This document shows, piece by piece, positions 1 through 10,185 of a DNA stretch of 61,519 bases. Numbering within the stretch: position 1 is the first letter of the stretch; every line of letters begins with the position of its first letter. The DNA comes from Actinomycetota bacterium (GTDB taxonomy: Bacteria; Actinomycetota; UBA4738; HRBIN12): the NCBI GenBank assembly GCA_036556805.1, contig DATBIS010000132.1, positions 1 to 61,519 on the forward strand, written 5' to 3'. Position numbers and translations under genes: made by a program. The notes beneath the pieces are model-generated. The model was not told the origin of the DNA and searched no databases. It saw only the letters and a list, made by a program, of their open reading frames with translations.

Positions 1-323
1 CCCGACTGGAACATCAGCGCGTCGTCCGCGTGCTTGAAGTCGGCGAAGCGCCGCTCGAGCTCGAGGTGCATCGTCATCTGGCCGGCGATCGTTCGCACCG
101 CACCGGTGCCGGCCCCGAACTGAAGCGCGGCCTTCGAGGCAGCCTCGTTCAGCCTCGGGTGGTTCGCGAGCCCCAGATAGTTGTTCGAAGCGAGGTTGAT
201 GACGTCGCGCCCGTCGAAGCGCGCGCGGGCCCCCTGCGCGCCCTCCAGTGTCCGAGGATGGAGCAGGAGGCCCTGCTCCTCGAGTTCCGCCAGCTTCGCC
301 TTCAGCTCGTCGAGCGCACTCAT
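1..323 (-). CDS. kbl: 2-amino-3-ketobutyrate CoA ligase (glycine C-acetyltransferase), N-terminal part; the gene runs off the window
   Basis: My own translation of the minus strand from ATG at 323 gives MSALDELKAKLAELEEQGLLLHPRTLEGAQGARARFDGRDVINLASNNYLGLANHPRLNEAASKAALQFGAGTGAVRTIAGQM... This is a typical alpha-oxoamine synthase N-terminus. It starts 4 nt after the tdh stop, the classic tdh/kbl pairing. Confidence 0.8.
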   Translation of the reverse strand, partial: MSALDELKAKLAELEEQGLLLHPRTLEGAQGARARFDGRDVINLASNNYLGLANHPRLNEAASKAALQFGAGTGAVRTIAGQMTMHLELERRFADFKHADDALMFQS

Positions 324-327
324 CCGA

Positions 328-1389
328 TCATCCTCCCGGGAACAGGATCACCTTGCCGGACCGGCCCGACGCGGTCGTCGCGAACGCCTCTTGGAAGTCG
401 CTCAGCGGGAACCGATGGGTGATGACCGGAGTAACGTCGACGCGACCGGTCGAGAGCAGCGTCGTGGTCTGCTGCCACGTCCGGAACATCTCCCGCCCGG
501 TGATCCCCTGCAGCCGAGCCTCCTTGAAGATGACCTGGTCGTTCAAGTCGAGCGTGACCGAGGAGTCGGGGAGGCCGAGGAGCGACATCCGGCCGCCGCG
601 CGCGAGCATCCGCGTGCCCTGGTCGATCGCGCGCGCGTTGCCGCTCATCTCGAGCACGACCTCGGCGCCGCTGCCGTGGGTCTCTCCGAGGACGACCGCG
701 ACGGGATCGCTTTCGGAGGGATCCACCAGGAGGTCCGCCCCCATGTCGGCGGCAAGACGCCGGCGCTCGGGGTTGGGTTCGATCGCGATCACCTTCCACG
801 CGCCCAGCGCGCGAGCGATCCCCACCGAGAAGAGCCCGATCGGGCCGCAGCCGATCACGGCAACCGCGTTCGTCGCGAGGTCCTCGCCCCCGCCCGTCCC
901 GAACGCCGCGTGCACGCCGTTGCCGAACGGCTCCATGATCGACGCCACGTCGGGGTGGATCCCCTCGCCCACCACCCACGCGTTCCGTGCCGGAAGCACG
1001 ACGAACTCGGCGAACGCGCCCTCGGTGTCCACGCCGAGGATCGTGAGGTTCTCGCAGATGTGCGCGCGGCCGCTCTGGCACGTCGCGCAGTACCCGCAGG
1101 CGATGTGCGTCTCTGCGGCCACGAACGCGCCGGGCGCGAGATGGTGGACCTCGGGACCCACCCGCTCGACGTGGCCGGCGACCTCGTGACCGAACGTCAT
1201 CGGCACCCGCGGGATCCGCGCGGCGGCCCACTCGTTCCAGTCGTAGATGTGGAGGTCGGTCCCGCAGATCGACGCGGCGTGCACCCGGATGAGGACCTCG
1301 CCCTCTCCCGGCTCGGGCACCGGGATCTCCTGTAGCTCGGCGCCCGCCCGGCCGTCGGGCTTGCGCAGCGCCTGCATCGTTGGGGGCAT
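328..1389 (-). CDS. tdh: L-threonine 3-dehydrogenase (Zn-dependent MDR family)
   Basis: MQALRKPDGRAGAELQEIPVPEPGEGEVLIRVHAASICGTDLHIYDWNEW resembles the E. coli Tdh N-terminus. A Rossmann motif VIGCGPIGL is present. The start is ATG 1389 or ATG 1377; the longer ORF-track N-terminus is Arg-rich and unlikely to be real. Confidence 0.9.
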   Translation of the reverse strand: MPPTMQALRKPDGRAGAELQEIPVPEPGEGEVLIRVHAASICGTDLHIYDWNEWAAARIPRVPMTFGHEVAGHVERVGPEVHHLAPGAFVAAETHIACGYCATCQSGRAHICENLTILGVDTEGAFAEFVVLPARNAWVVGEGIHPDVASIMEPFGNGVHAAFGTGGGEDLATNAVAVIGCGPIGLFSVGIARALGAWKVIAIEPNPERRRLAADMGADLLVDPSESDPVAVVLGETHGSGAEVVLEMSGNARAIDQGTRMLARGGRMSLLGLPDSSVTLDLNDQVIFKEARLQGITGREMFRTWQQTTTLLSTGRVDVTPVITHRFPLSDFQEAFATTASGRSGKVILFPGG

Positions 1390-1472
1390 GTTGCGAGCGT
1401 ACCCTGTGCCGGGAACCCGGAGCGTGCCGATGATCGTCGAAGCGGAACCGCCCGACCCGAGGAGGAAACCCC

Positions 1473-2336
1473 GTGAAGGCCAGATCCATCGCCGCGGCAC
1501 TCGTGCTCTCGATCCTCGCCGCCGCATGCGCGAACTCGTCCGCCGCGCCCGGCGCCGGCTCGACCGGGGGAGGGCTTCCCGCCCACTCCGACCAGCTGGT
1601 GCTCCGCATGGACACCTCGGGCGGGTTTGTCGCCCCGTCGTTCTCGCAGGGGCAGATCCCCGGGTTCTCGCTCTATGCCGACGGGCGTGTGATCACGCTC
1701 GGCGCGCAGATCGAGATCTACCCGCAGCCGGCGCTCCCGCCCGTCATGGTCTCGCGGGTCGACGCCGCCGGCGTCCAGGCGATCCTCCAAGCCGCGCTCG
1801 CGGCCGGGCTCGGCACCGACGCGGACTACGTCGACCTGGGCAGCACGATGATCGCCGACGCGCCCACCACGACCTTCACGCTCACGGCCGACGGCCAGAC
1901 ACACGTCGTGCGTGTCTACGCCTTGGGCGAGCTCGGGTCCAAGCCGGAACAGATGACCCAAGACGAGTTCGACGCGCGGATCGCGCTCCTGGACCTCTCG
2001 ACGAAGCTCGGGGATCTGCGCACGTTCGTCGGGGCCGACGACGTCACCGACGACGGCGCCTACGTGACCCACGAGATGCGCGTCTGGGTCGACACCTACC
2101 AGCCCGACGAGACCCTGCAGGAGCCGGGGGTCGCGTGGCCCGGGTCGTCGCCGCTCGCCGAGTTCGGATCGGTGTCCCAGACCTACGGCACCCGCTGCGG
2201 GACCGTGATGGGGGACGAGCTCTCGGCGCTGCTCCCCCTTGCGGAGCAGGCGAACCAGCTCACGCCGTGGAAGAGCGACGGGGAGCGGTTCGGGCTCGTG
2301 TTTCGGCCGCTCCTGCCCGACGAGAGCGGCTGCTGA
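1473..2336 (+). CDS. Secreted lipoprotein, function unknown
   Basis: GTG start preceded by GAGGAGGA. The signal peptide has a lipobox (MKARSIAAALVLSILAAAC). GC3 is high throughout. Confidence 0.65.
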   Translation: MKARSIAAALVLSILAAACANSSAAPGAGSTGGGLPAHSDQLVLRMDTSGGFVAPSFSQGQIPGFSLYADGRVITLGAQIEIYPQPALPPVMVSRVDAAGVQAILQAALAAGLGTDADYVDLGSTMIADAPTTTFTLTADGQTHVVRVYALGELGSKPEQMTQDEFDARIALLDLSTKLGDLRTFVGADDVTDDGAYVTHEMRVWVDTYQPDETLQEPGVAWPGSSPLAEFGSVSQTYGTRCGTVMGDELSALLPLAEQANQLTPWKSDGERFGLVFRPLLPDESGC

Positions 2337-2348
2337 ACCTCCCAACAA

Positions 2349-2394
2349 GCGCTTGAGCCGGGGGCGCGACCCCCTCGGCCCCCGGTTCAAGCGC
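2349..2394 (+). terminator. Long stem-loop downstream of the lipoprotein gene (terminator-like, no U tract)
   Basis: gcgcttgagccggggg (2349-2364) pairs with cccccggttcaagcgc (2379-2394). That is 16 bp with one G-U pair and a 14-nt loop. Confidence 0.4.
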
Positions 2395-2410
2395 CGAAGC
2401 GGCGCCGCCG

Positions 2411-4660
2411 ATGGGAAGAGAGGCCCACCTGCCTGTTCGACCGTGCCGGAGGACCGCCATCAGACAGTCCAGCGCCCATCACGAGCCCGCCCATCCGAGC
2501 GCGGCGGGAAGCGAGCGCCACGACGTGCTCGGCGGCGGCGTATGGGGCGACCACGTCTCACGCCTGCTCGAGCACATCGCGGCGGTCGTCTACGTGGACC
2601 CGCTCGACCCCTCGGCGCCGCCACTGGACGTCAGCCCGAACGTCGAGGCGATGCTCGGGGTGGCCCGCGACGCGTGGCTCGCCGATCCCGCGGCGCGCTG
2701 CGCGGCGATCCACCCGGCCGACCGCCAGCGAGTCGCCACGACGTTCGAGCGGTCGCGAACCGATCGAACGCCGTTCCACGCCGAGTACCGCGTGACCACG
2801 CCCGACGGCAGGGTCGTGTTCGCGCGCGAGGACGCCGTGCCGGTGGGCGACGAGGAGGACGAACCGGTCGCGTGGCTCGGGTTCATCCTCGACGTCACCA
2901 ACGACGAGCGCACGCGGCGGGACCTCGACGAGGCGCAGGCGCTCTACGGCGCGCTCATCGAGCAGATCCCGGCGATCGTGTACGTGGACGTGGCCGACGA
3001 GCGCATGACGACGAGCTACGTGAGCCCGCAGATCGAGGCGATCCTCGGCATCACGCCGCAGGAGTACCTGGACGACCCCGACCTCTGGGCGAGCATGCTG
3101 CATCCCGACGATCACGACCTCGCGCTGGGTACCTACCTGCGCGGCCGCGAGGCGGGCACGGAGTTCACCTACGAGTACCGGATGATCTCGCGGGACGGCC
3201 GAGTCGTGTGGTTCCGGGACAGCGCGGTCGTGATCCAGAACGCCGGCGAGCTCCCCCTCATCCACGGCGTGATGCTGGACATCAGCGACCGCAAGGAGGC
3301 GGAGGAGCAGCTCGCCTTTCTCGCGTATCACGACAAGCTGACGAGTCTTCCGAACCTGGTGTTGTTCGAGGAGCTCCTGCAGCTCTCGCTCGCTCGCGCG
3401 CGACGCCATGACCTCGGGGTCGCCGTGCTCCATCTCGGTCTCGACGACTTCAAGCTCGTGAACGACTCGCTCGGGCACGAGGCCGGTGACCGGCTGCTGC
3501 TCGAGCTCGCGGAACGACTGCGAGGCGCGACGCGCGAGACCGACCTCGTCGCGCGGCCGGGGGGCGACGAGTTCCTCCTGCTGCTGTCCGACCTCGAGCG
3601 CACCGCGCCCGTGCCCGGCGGCACGGACGGGGCGATCCTCGTGGCGCAATCGGTGGCCGCGCGGATCCAGCAGGCCCTCCAGGCGCCGTTCGACCTGGAC
3701 GGGACCGAGGTATACGTCTCGGGAAGCCTCGGCGTGAGCGTCTTCCCGATGGACGCGGAGAACCCGCAGACGCTCCTCGGGAACGCCGACACCGCGATGG
3801 TGCGGAGCAAGAAGGCGGGGCCCGGCGGGTTCGTCCTGCACGCCGCCGGTGGTCTGGACGCGAAGGGCAAGCTCTCCCTCTCGACCCGTCTCCGCAAGGC
3901 GGTGGAGAGCCAGGACTGGACGCTGCACTACCAGCCGGTGTTCGCGATCAAGAGCGGATCGATCATCGGTGTCGAGGCGCTGATCCGCTGGCAGCAGCCC
4001 AACGGCGGCGTCGTGCCGCCGAACGAGTTCATCCCCCTCGCCGAGGAGATGGGGCTCATCGAGGTCATCGGCGACTGGGTGGTCGAGGAGATCTGCCGGC
4101 AGGACGAGGCCTGGCGCGCCGAGGGACTCACGACGGAGATCGGCTTCAACCTCTCGCCGCGCCAGCTCTGGCAGCCGAACCTCGTCGCGAAGATCGTTTC
4201 CCGCCTCACCGCCGCCGGGATGGATCCGCGCCGATTGGTGGCCGAGATCACCGAGTCCACCGCGATGACGGATCCGGAACGCACGCAGCAGGTGCTGTTC
4301 GACCTGCACGCCCGCGGCCTGCGTCTCGCGATCGACGACTTCGGCACCGGGTACTCCTCGCTCGCCCGGCTGAAGCACCTGCCGGTGGACGTGCTGAAGA
4401 TCGACCGGTCGTTCGTGCGCGACGTCGATCGCGACCGCGACGCGCAGAGCATGGTGTCGGCGATGATCGCGCTCGCCGCGAACCTCGGGATGACGGCGCT
4501 CGCCGAAGGCATCGAAACCGAGGCCGAGCGGGCGTTCCTGCTCGAACGGGGATGCACGCTCGGACAGGGCTTCCTGGTCTCCCGGCCGGTTCCCGCCGAC
4601 GAGCTCCTCGCGTTCTACCGCCGATCGGAGCTCCGCGTGATCGAGGGGCAGGCGGGCTAG
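2411..4660 (+). CDS. PAS-PAS-GGDEF-EAL protein (diguanylate cyclase/c-di-GMP phosphodiesterase)
   Basis: RxxD-N5-GGDEF is intact (RETDLVARPGGDEF, GGDEF at 3560-3574). EAL-domain motifs are present: EALIRW, EITES, DDFGTGYSS, KIDRSF, EGIETE, GQGF. The true start may be the internal GTG at 2525. Confidence 0.85.
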   Translation: MGREAHLPVRPCRRTAIRQSSAHHEPAHPSAAGSERHDVLGGGVWGDHVSRLLEHIAAVVYVDPLDPSAPPLDVSPNVEAMLGVARDAWLADPAARCAAIHPADRQRVATTFERSRTDRTPFHAEYRVTTPDGRVVFAREDAVPVGDEEDEPVAWLGFILDVTNDERTRRDLDEAQALYGALIEQIPAIVYVDVADERMTTSYVSPQIEAILGITPQEYLDDPDLWASMLHPDDHDLALGTYLRGREAGTEFTYEYRMISRDGRVVWFRDSAVVIQNAGELPLIHGVMLDISDRKEAEEQLAFLAYHDKLTSLPNLVLFEELLQLSLARARRHDLGVAVLHLGLDDFKLVNDSLGHEAGDRLLLELAERLRGATRETDLVARPGGDEFLLLLSDLERTAPVPGGTDGAILVAQSVAARIQQALQAPFDLDGTEVYVSGSLGVSVFPMDAENPQTLLGNADTAMVRSKKAGPGGFVLHAAGGLDAKGKLSLSTRLRKAVESQDWTLHYQPVFAIKSGSIIGVEALIRWQQPNGGVVPPNEFIPLAEEMGLIEVIGDWVVEEICRQDEAWRAEGLTTEIGFNLSPRQLWQPNLVAKIVSRLTAAGMDPRRLVAEITESTAMTDPERTQQVLFDLHARGLRLAIDDFGTGYSSLARLKHLPVDVLKIDRSFVRDVDRDRDAQSMVSAMIALAANLGMTALAEGIETEAERAFLLERGCTLGQGFLVSRPVPADELLAFYRRSELRVIEGQAG

Positions 4661-4664
4661 CGGC

Positions 4665-5870
4665 TCAGACCCGGCGGCGCGGCGGCTTCCGCAGTCCGCT
4701 TCGACGTCCGCCCTTCGATCCGCTGAACACGACCCTGGGCGGCGCCACCTTCATCCCCTCCTGCTCGAACTCCTCGCGGAGGTCGAGGCGCGCGGCCATG
4801 CGGCTCACGTCGCCTTGCTCCTCGGCCGTGACGAATGTGATCGAGATTCCGGACTTGCCGGCGCGCGCCGTTCGGCCGACGCGGTGCACGAAACCCTTGT
4901 CGTCGACCGGCGGGTCGTAGTTCACGACGTGCGTGATGTCCTCGAGGTCGAGCCCTCGGGCCGCGACGTCGGTGGCGACCAGCACGGCGACCTTGCCTTC
5001 GGCGAACCGATGCAGCGCCCGCTCGCGAGCCTGCTGGCTCATGTCGCCATGCAGGGCGGCGGCCTGGACGCCCTTTCCCTTCAGGTTCGCGACGAGCCGA
5101 TCCACGTTTCGCTTCGTGCGGACGAACACGAGCGCGTGGCCGCGCGCGGCCTCGAGGAGGTCGACGAGGGCCTGCAGCTTGCCGTGTGAGGGCACGGGGA
5201 CGAAACGGTGCTCGATCTCCTCCACGGTCTGGTGCGCGCTCGCGACCTCGTGCCGCACCGGGTCGCGGGTGTAGACCTCCGCGATCCTCCCGACCGCGCC
5301 GTCGAGCGTGGCCGAGAAGAACATCGTCTGCCGATCCTTCGGCAGCCTTCGCACGATCTGGTCGACCTGGGGCTGGAACCCCATGTCGAGCATCCGGTCG
5401 GCCTCGTCCAGGACGAAGATGCGCACGCCGCTCAGGTCGACCATGCCACGCTGGGCGATGTCCTCGAGGCGCCCAGGGGTCGCGATGAGGATGTGGGCGC
5501 GCTGGACTGCGCGCTGCTGGTCGTGGACGCGCGTTCCCCCGTAGGCCAGCCCGACGCGAAGGCCCTTGACCTCGGCGATGTCGGAGAAGTCCTCGGCCAC
5601 CTGCGCGGCCAGCTCCCGCGTCGGAACGAGCACGAGCGCGGCGGGGTGGGCCGACGCCTTGGGGTCGAGGCGCTCGACGATCGGGATCGCGAAGCCGAGC
5701 GTCTTGCCCGAGCCCGTCTGCGACTTTGCGAGGGTGTCGCGCCCCCGGGTCGCGTCCTCGATGACCATCACCTGGATCGGGAACGGCGCCAGGATGCCTC
5801 GAGTGGCGAGGGTGGCGACGACCGGATCGGACACGCCGAGGTCGCCGAACGTCGCGGTGCCGGATGACAT
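4665..5870 (-). CDS. DEAD-box ATP-dependent RNA helicase
   Basis: Q-motif/motif I (FPIQ..., SQTGSGKT), motif II (VLDEADRMLDMGF), SAT, HRVGRTARAG, and a basic C-terminal tail. Confidence 0.9.
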   Translation of the reverse strand: MSSGTATFGDLGVSDPVVATLATRGILAPFPIQVMVIEDATRGRDTLAKSQTGSGKTLGFAIPIVERLDPKASAHPAALVLVPTRELAAQVAEDFSDIAEVKGLRVGLAYGGTRVHDQQRAVQRAHILIATPGRLEDIAQRGMVDLSGVRIFVLDEADRMLDMGFQPQVDQIVRRLPKDRQTMFFSATLDGAVGRIAEVYTRDPVRHEVASAHQTVEEIEHRFVPVPSHGKLQALVDLLEAARGHALVFVRTKRNVDRLVANLKGKGVQAAALHGDMSQQARERALHRFAEGKVAVLVATDVAARGLDLEDITHVVNYDPPVDDKGFVHRVGRTARAGKSGISITFVTAEEQGDVSRMAARLDLREEFEQEGMKVAPPRVVFSGSKGGRRSGLRKPPRRRV

Positions 5871-5959
5871 TGCGAGGCAAGCGTACCGCCCCGCTTCGTC
5901 GATGTTCCTTCTTCGACCCCACGGGTACGCTGTCCTCGTCGCCTCAACGAGGGGGAACG

Positions 5960-7804
5960 ATGAACGACCGCACGACCCATTGGAACGAGCTCGCGGCGCA
6001 GCTCTGCGTCGACAGCATCCGCTGCACGACCGCCGCGGGGTCCGGCCATCCCACCTCGTCGATGTCGGCCGCGCACCTCGCGGCCGTCCTGTACGCGGAT
6101 CACCTCCGCACGGACGTCTCCGACCCGCACTCGCTCGCGAACGACCGATTCGTGCTGTCGAAAGGCCACGCCTCGCCGCTGCTGTTCTCCGTGTTGAAGG
6201 CGATCGGCGCGATCTCCGACGATGAGCTCATGACCCTCCGCAGGATGGGCTCGCCCGTCCAGGGGCATCCCGTGCCCGTCGAGGGGATGCCCTGGGTCGA
6301 CGTCGCGACGGGCTCGCTCGGGCAGGGGCTGCCGATCGCGCTCGGCATGGCGTTCGCGATGAGGCTGGACGGGGCCCCCGGTCGCGTGTGGTGCCTGCTC
6401 GGCGACTCGGAGACCGCCGAAGGCTCGGTGTGGGAGGCGATGCAGGCCGCCTCGTTTCACCGAGTGCAGAACCTGATCGCGATCGTCGACATGAACCGGC
6501 TCGGTCAGCGTGGCCCCACGATGCTCGAGTGGGACGCAGACGCGTACGCGAACCGCGCCGAAGCGTTCGGTTGGCGGGCGATCCAGGTGGACGGCCACGA
6601 CGTGGAGGCGATCGACGGCGCCTATCACGAGGCCGAGGAGGCCGAGGGCCCCGCGCTCATCGTCGCGCGCACCGAGAAGGGGCACGGCGTGTCGTTCCTC
6701 GCGAACGCGGAGGGATGGCACGGCAAGGCGCTCGATGCCGAGCAGGCCGAGCAGGCGATCGCCGAGCTCGGCGGCGTGCGGTCGATCACCGTCACTCCGC
6801 CCGCGCCGCCGGCGTGGAAGCCGAGCGAAATCGGTGAGCTCGCCGCGGCGGCCGCGCCGTCCTACGACGGCGTGGCGATCCCGACGCGCAAGGCGTTCGG
6901 CGAAACCCTCGCGTGGCTCGCCGGGCAGCGACCCGACCTCGTCGTCCTCGACGGTGAGGTCGGGAACTCGACGCACACCGAGGACGTCGAGAAGGTGGCA
7001 CCGGAGCGGTTCATCCAGCTCTACATCGCCGAGCAGTGCATGATCGGGACCCAGGTGGGGCTGCAGGCCCTCGGGAAGGTGGCGTGGAGCGCGACCTTCG
7101 GCGCGTTCACCACGCGCGCGCTCGACTTCGTGCGCATGGCGGCCATCGGTCGTGCCGATCTCCGCCTCTGCGGTTCGCACGCGGGCGTGTCGATCGGCGA
7201 GGACGGTCCGTCGCAGATGGCGCTCGAGGACCTCGCGACGATGCGAGCGCTCGACTCGTCGACCGTGCTGTATCCGGCCGACGGGACCTCCACCCGCAAG
7301 CTCGTCGAGCAGATGTGCGACCTGCCGGGGATCTCCTACGTGCGCACCACGCGCGAGAAGACGCCGGCGCTCTACGGCTCGGCCGAGGAGTTCCCGATCG
7401 GCGGGTCGAAGACGCACGGGTCGGGTTCGAACGATCGCGCGACGGTCGTCGGCGCCGGCATCACGCTGCACGAAGGCCTGAAGGCCCGGGAGCTGCTTGC
7501 AACGCAGGGCATCGAGGCGCGGGTGATCGACTGCTACAGCGTCAAGCCGATCGACGCGCCCACGCTCCGGCGTGCGCTCGACGAGACCGGGCTGCTCGTC
7601 GTCGTCGAGGACCACCGGGTCGAAGGGGGGCTCGGGGACGCGGTGCTCGCCGCCCTCGCGTCGACCGGGCCGCTCGGCGGAACAGTCGTCCGGCTCGGGG
7701 TCGACGCGATGCCGGGGTCGGGCACGCCGGAGGAGCTCCGGCAATGGGCGGGCATCTCTTCGGATGCCATCGCGGCCGCGGTCCGCGAGCGGCTCGCCGG
7801 CTGA
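5960..7804 (+). CDS. tkt: Transketolase
   Basis: ATG at 5960 with GAGGGGGA upstream. GSGHPTSSMSAAHL is a ThDP motif; GDSETAEGSVWEA and the C-terminal pyrimidine-binding/TK-C regions are present. About 614 aa. Confidence 0.85.
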   Translation: MNDRTTHWNELAAQLCVDSIRCTTAAGSGHPTSSMSAAHLAAVLYADHLRTDVSDPHSLANDRFVLSKGHASPLLFSVLKAIGAISDDELMTLRRMGSPVQGHPVPVEGMPWVDVATGSLGQGLPIALGMAFAMRLDGAPGRVWCLLGDSETAEGSVWEAMQAASFHRVQNLIAIVDMNRLGQRGPTMLEWDADAYANRAEAFGWRAIQVDGHDVEAIDGAYHEAEEAEGPALIVARTEKGHGVSFLANAEGWHGKALDAEQAEQAIAELGGVRSITVTPPAPPAWKPSEIGELAAAAAPSYDGVAIPTRKAFGETLAWLAGQRPDLVVLDGEVGNSTHTEDVEKVAPERFIQLYIAEQCMIGTQVGLQALGKVAWSATFGAFTTRALDFVRMAAIGRADLRLCGSHAGVSIGEDGPSQMALEDLATMRALDSSTVLYPADGTSTRKLVEQMCDLPGISYVRTTREKTPALYGSAEEFPIGGSKTHGSGSNDRATVVGAGITLHEGLKARELLATQGIEARVIDCYSVKPIDAPTLRRALDETGLLVVVEDHRVEGGLGDAVLAALASTGPLGGTVVRLGVDAMPGSGTPEELRQWAGISSDAIAAAVRERLAG

Positions 7805-7808
7805 GGGC

Positions 7809-10103
7809 TCAGGCCGAACGGCTGGACGCCCGGCTCGGATCGAGCGTGCCTCGCCGCCAGTAGTCGAGGATGGCCTCGCCCGGGATCGGCCGGCTGAACA
7901 GGTACCCCTGGCCCAGCTGGCAGCCGTGTGCCCGGAGGAACCGCCACTCGTCCTCCGTCTCGATGCCCTCCGCGAGCGTCGTCATCCCGAGGCCGCGCGC
8001 GAGCTCGATGAACGCCGTCACGATGCTTGCCGACGCGGGGTCCCCGTGCACGCCGTCCACGAACGACCGGTCGACCTTCAGCACCTCAACCGGCACCTCC
8101 CGCAGGCGCGACAGCGACGAGTAGCCCGTGCCGAAGTCGTCGATCGCGACGCGGAGGCCCCCCGCGTGCAGCTCCCAGAGGATGCGCTGGGCCCGGTCGG
8201 GATCGAGCATCGCCGACGACTCCGTGATCTCCACGACCATACGCCGCGGGTCCATCCCCCCCTCCGCGATGCGCGACAGCACGCGCTCGGCGAGATCGGG
8301 CTGCCAGAACTGCCGCGGCGAGAGGTTGAAGCCGATCTCGATGCGCAGGCCCTCCGCACGCCACTGCTCGTCCTGACGGCAGATCTCCTCGACGACCCAG
8401 TCGCCGATCTCCTCGATGAGGCCGAGGTCCTCCGCGACCGGGATGAACTCGTTCGGCGGGATGATCGTGCCGTCCGGCTCCTGCCAGCGGATGAGCGCCT
8501 CCACGCCGATCATGTCGCCGCGTGCGAGCTGCACGATCGGCTGGTAGTGCAGCACCCAGCGCTGGGCCTCGACGGCCTTTCGCAGCCGCGTGACGAACGC
8601 GAGCTTGCCGTTGGAGTCGTCGGAGTTGTCCATGGCGACGACATAGCTGCTCGGCCCGGCCTTCTTGCTCTCGTACATGGCCGCCTCTGCGTCGCGCAGC
8701 AACGTGGTGGCGTCGGCCGCGCCCTGCGGGAACAGGCTGATGCCCATGCTCGCCGAGACGTAGAGCTCGGTGCCGTCCACCAAGAAAGGGTCTCGCAGGG
8801 CATCGGCGATCGACTGCACGACCGACTCGGTGCGGATCATGGCTGCGTCCATCTCCCCCGACGCCTCCCGTTCGAGGTCGGCGAGCAGCAGCAGGAACAG
8901 GTCGCCGCCGCGCCGGGCGACGAGGTCCGTGTCGCGCGTGGCCTCGCGAAGCCGGTCGGCGACCTGACGCAGCAGCTCGTCCCCGTTGTGGTGCCCGAGC
9001 GAGTCGTTCACGAGCCGGAAGTCGTCCAGGTCCACGCACACGACCGCCACCGACCCGCTGTGGCGACGAGCGCGTGCGAGTGAGAGCTCGAGCAGCTCCT
9101 CGAACATCGACCGGTTCGGCAGCCCGGTGAGCTTGTCGTGATACGCGAGGAAGGCCACGTGCTCCTCGGCCCGCTTGCGCTCCGAGATGTCCATCATCAC
9201 GCCGTGCGAATAGCGCGCGACACCGTTCGCGTCACGCACGATCGAGGCCTGGTCGAACACCCAGACGACGCGCCCGTCCTTCGCGAACAATCGGTACTCG
9301 AGCCGGAACGGCTCGCCGGTCTCGTTGTGCCGCGCGTTCTCCGCGAGCGCACGCGCGCGGTCATCCGGATGCAGGATCTTCGGCCAGAAGTCCGGATCGC
9401 CCAGCCACTCCTCCGCGCCGTAGCCGAGCATCGACTCGATCTGGGGGCTCACGTAGATGCTCGACGCCTGGTCGTTCACGTCGTCGATGTACGTGATCGC
9501 CGGGATGTGCTCCACGATCGAGCGGTACTGCTCCTGGGCGAAGCGCTCTCGTTCGGCCGCCTGGTCGCGCTCCACAGCCGAGCTCAAGGCCGCAGCCACC
9601 GCGCGCAGCGCCTCGATCTCCACGTCCGACCAGCGGCGCTCGGCGTGACAGTCGTCGAACCCCACGAACCCCCACCACTCGGCGCCGACGAACACGGGCA
9701 CGAGGGCGATCGAGCGCACGTCCTCGCTCGAGAGGACGTGACGCTCCAGCTCCTCCGGAAGCTCCTCCACCGGTCCTTCGACGACGCCGCCGTCGCCGAG
9801 CACCTCGATCCAGCGGCCGAACACCGGCGCATACGGGTGCAGGTGGTTCGCCGGCTCGTCGAAGATCGGACGCACGCCGGGGGCGAGCCATTCGTCGGTG
9901 AGGTCCATCCAGAGCCGGCCGACGGAGTCGCGGACGTTATGGAAGAGGTACGCCCGGTCGGCGGCGACCGCGCCGCCCACCTCCCCGAGGACCTCGACGA
10001 CGCGATCTCGCCACGCGTCGTCGTGCACGAAGCGCTCGGTGGCGAACGCCACCGAGCGCAGGACGGCCTGCACGGCGACCTGGGATTCCATCGCTAGGGT
10101 CAT
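7809..10103 (-). CDS. GAF-PAS-GGDEF(degenerate)-EAL protein, likely a c-di-GMP phosphodiesterase
   Basis: Paralog of 2411..4660 across PAS-GGDEF-EAL. The active site reads GGDLF (8895-8909) while RxxD is kept (RDTDLVARRGGDLF). EAL motifs are intact. ATG 10103 follows GGAGGG; the ORF track starts at GTG 10121. Confidence 0.85.
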   Translation of the reverse strand: MTLAMESQVAVQAVLRSVAFATERFVHDDAWRDRVVEVLGEVGGAVAADRAYLFHNVRDSVGRLWMDLTDEWLAPGVRPIFDEPANHLHPYAPVFGRWIEVLGDGGVVEGPVEELPEELERHVLSSEDVRSIALVPVFVGAEWWGFVGFDDCHAERRWSDVEIEALRAVAAALSSAVERDQAAERERFAQEQYRSIVEHIPAITYIDDVNDQASSIYVSPQIESMLGYGAEEWLGDPDFWPKILHPDDRARALAENARHNETGEPFRLEYRLFAKDGRVVWVFDQASIVRDANGVARYSHGVMMDISERKRAEEHVAFLAYHDKLTGLPNRSMFEELLELSLARARRHSGSVAVVCVDLDDFRLVNDSLGHHNGDELLRQVADRLREATRDTDLVARRGGDLFLLLLADLEREASGEMDAAMIRTESVVQSIADALRDPFLVDGTELYVSASMGISLFPQGAADATTLLRDAEAAMYESKKAGPSSYVVAMDNSDDSNGKLAFVTRLRKAVEAQRWVLHYQPIVQLARGDMIGVEALIRWQEPDGTIIPPNEFIPVAEDLGLIEEIGDWVVEEICRQDEQWRAEGLRIEIGFNLSPRQFWQPDLAERVLSRIAEGGMDPRRMVVEITESSAMLDPDRAQRILWELHAGGLRVAIDDFGTGYSSLSRLREVPVEVLKVDRSFVDGVHGDPASASIVTAFIELARGLGMTTLAEGIETEDEWRFLRAHGCQLGQGYLFSRPIPGEAILDYWRRGTLDPSRASSRSA

Positions 10104-10185
10104 CGACCCTCCACCGGGCACGCTTGAAACCGCCGTGTCCCCCGGTCGGGTGTCGCCCTGCGACGGCTGCTACGCTTTCGCGACC

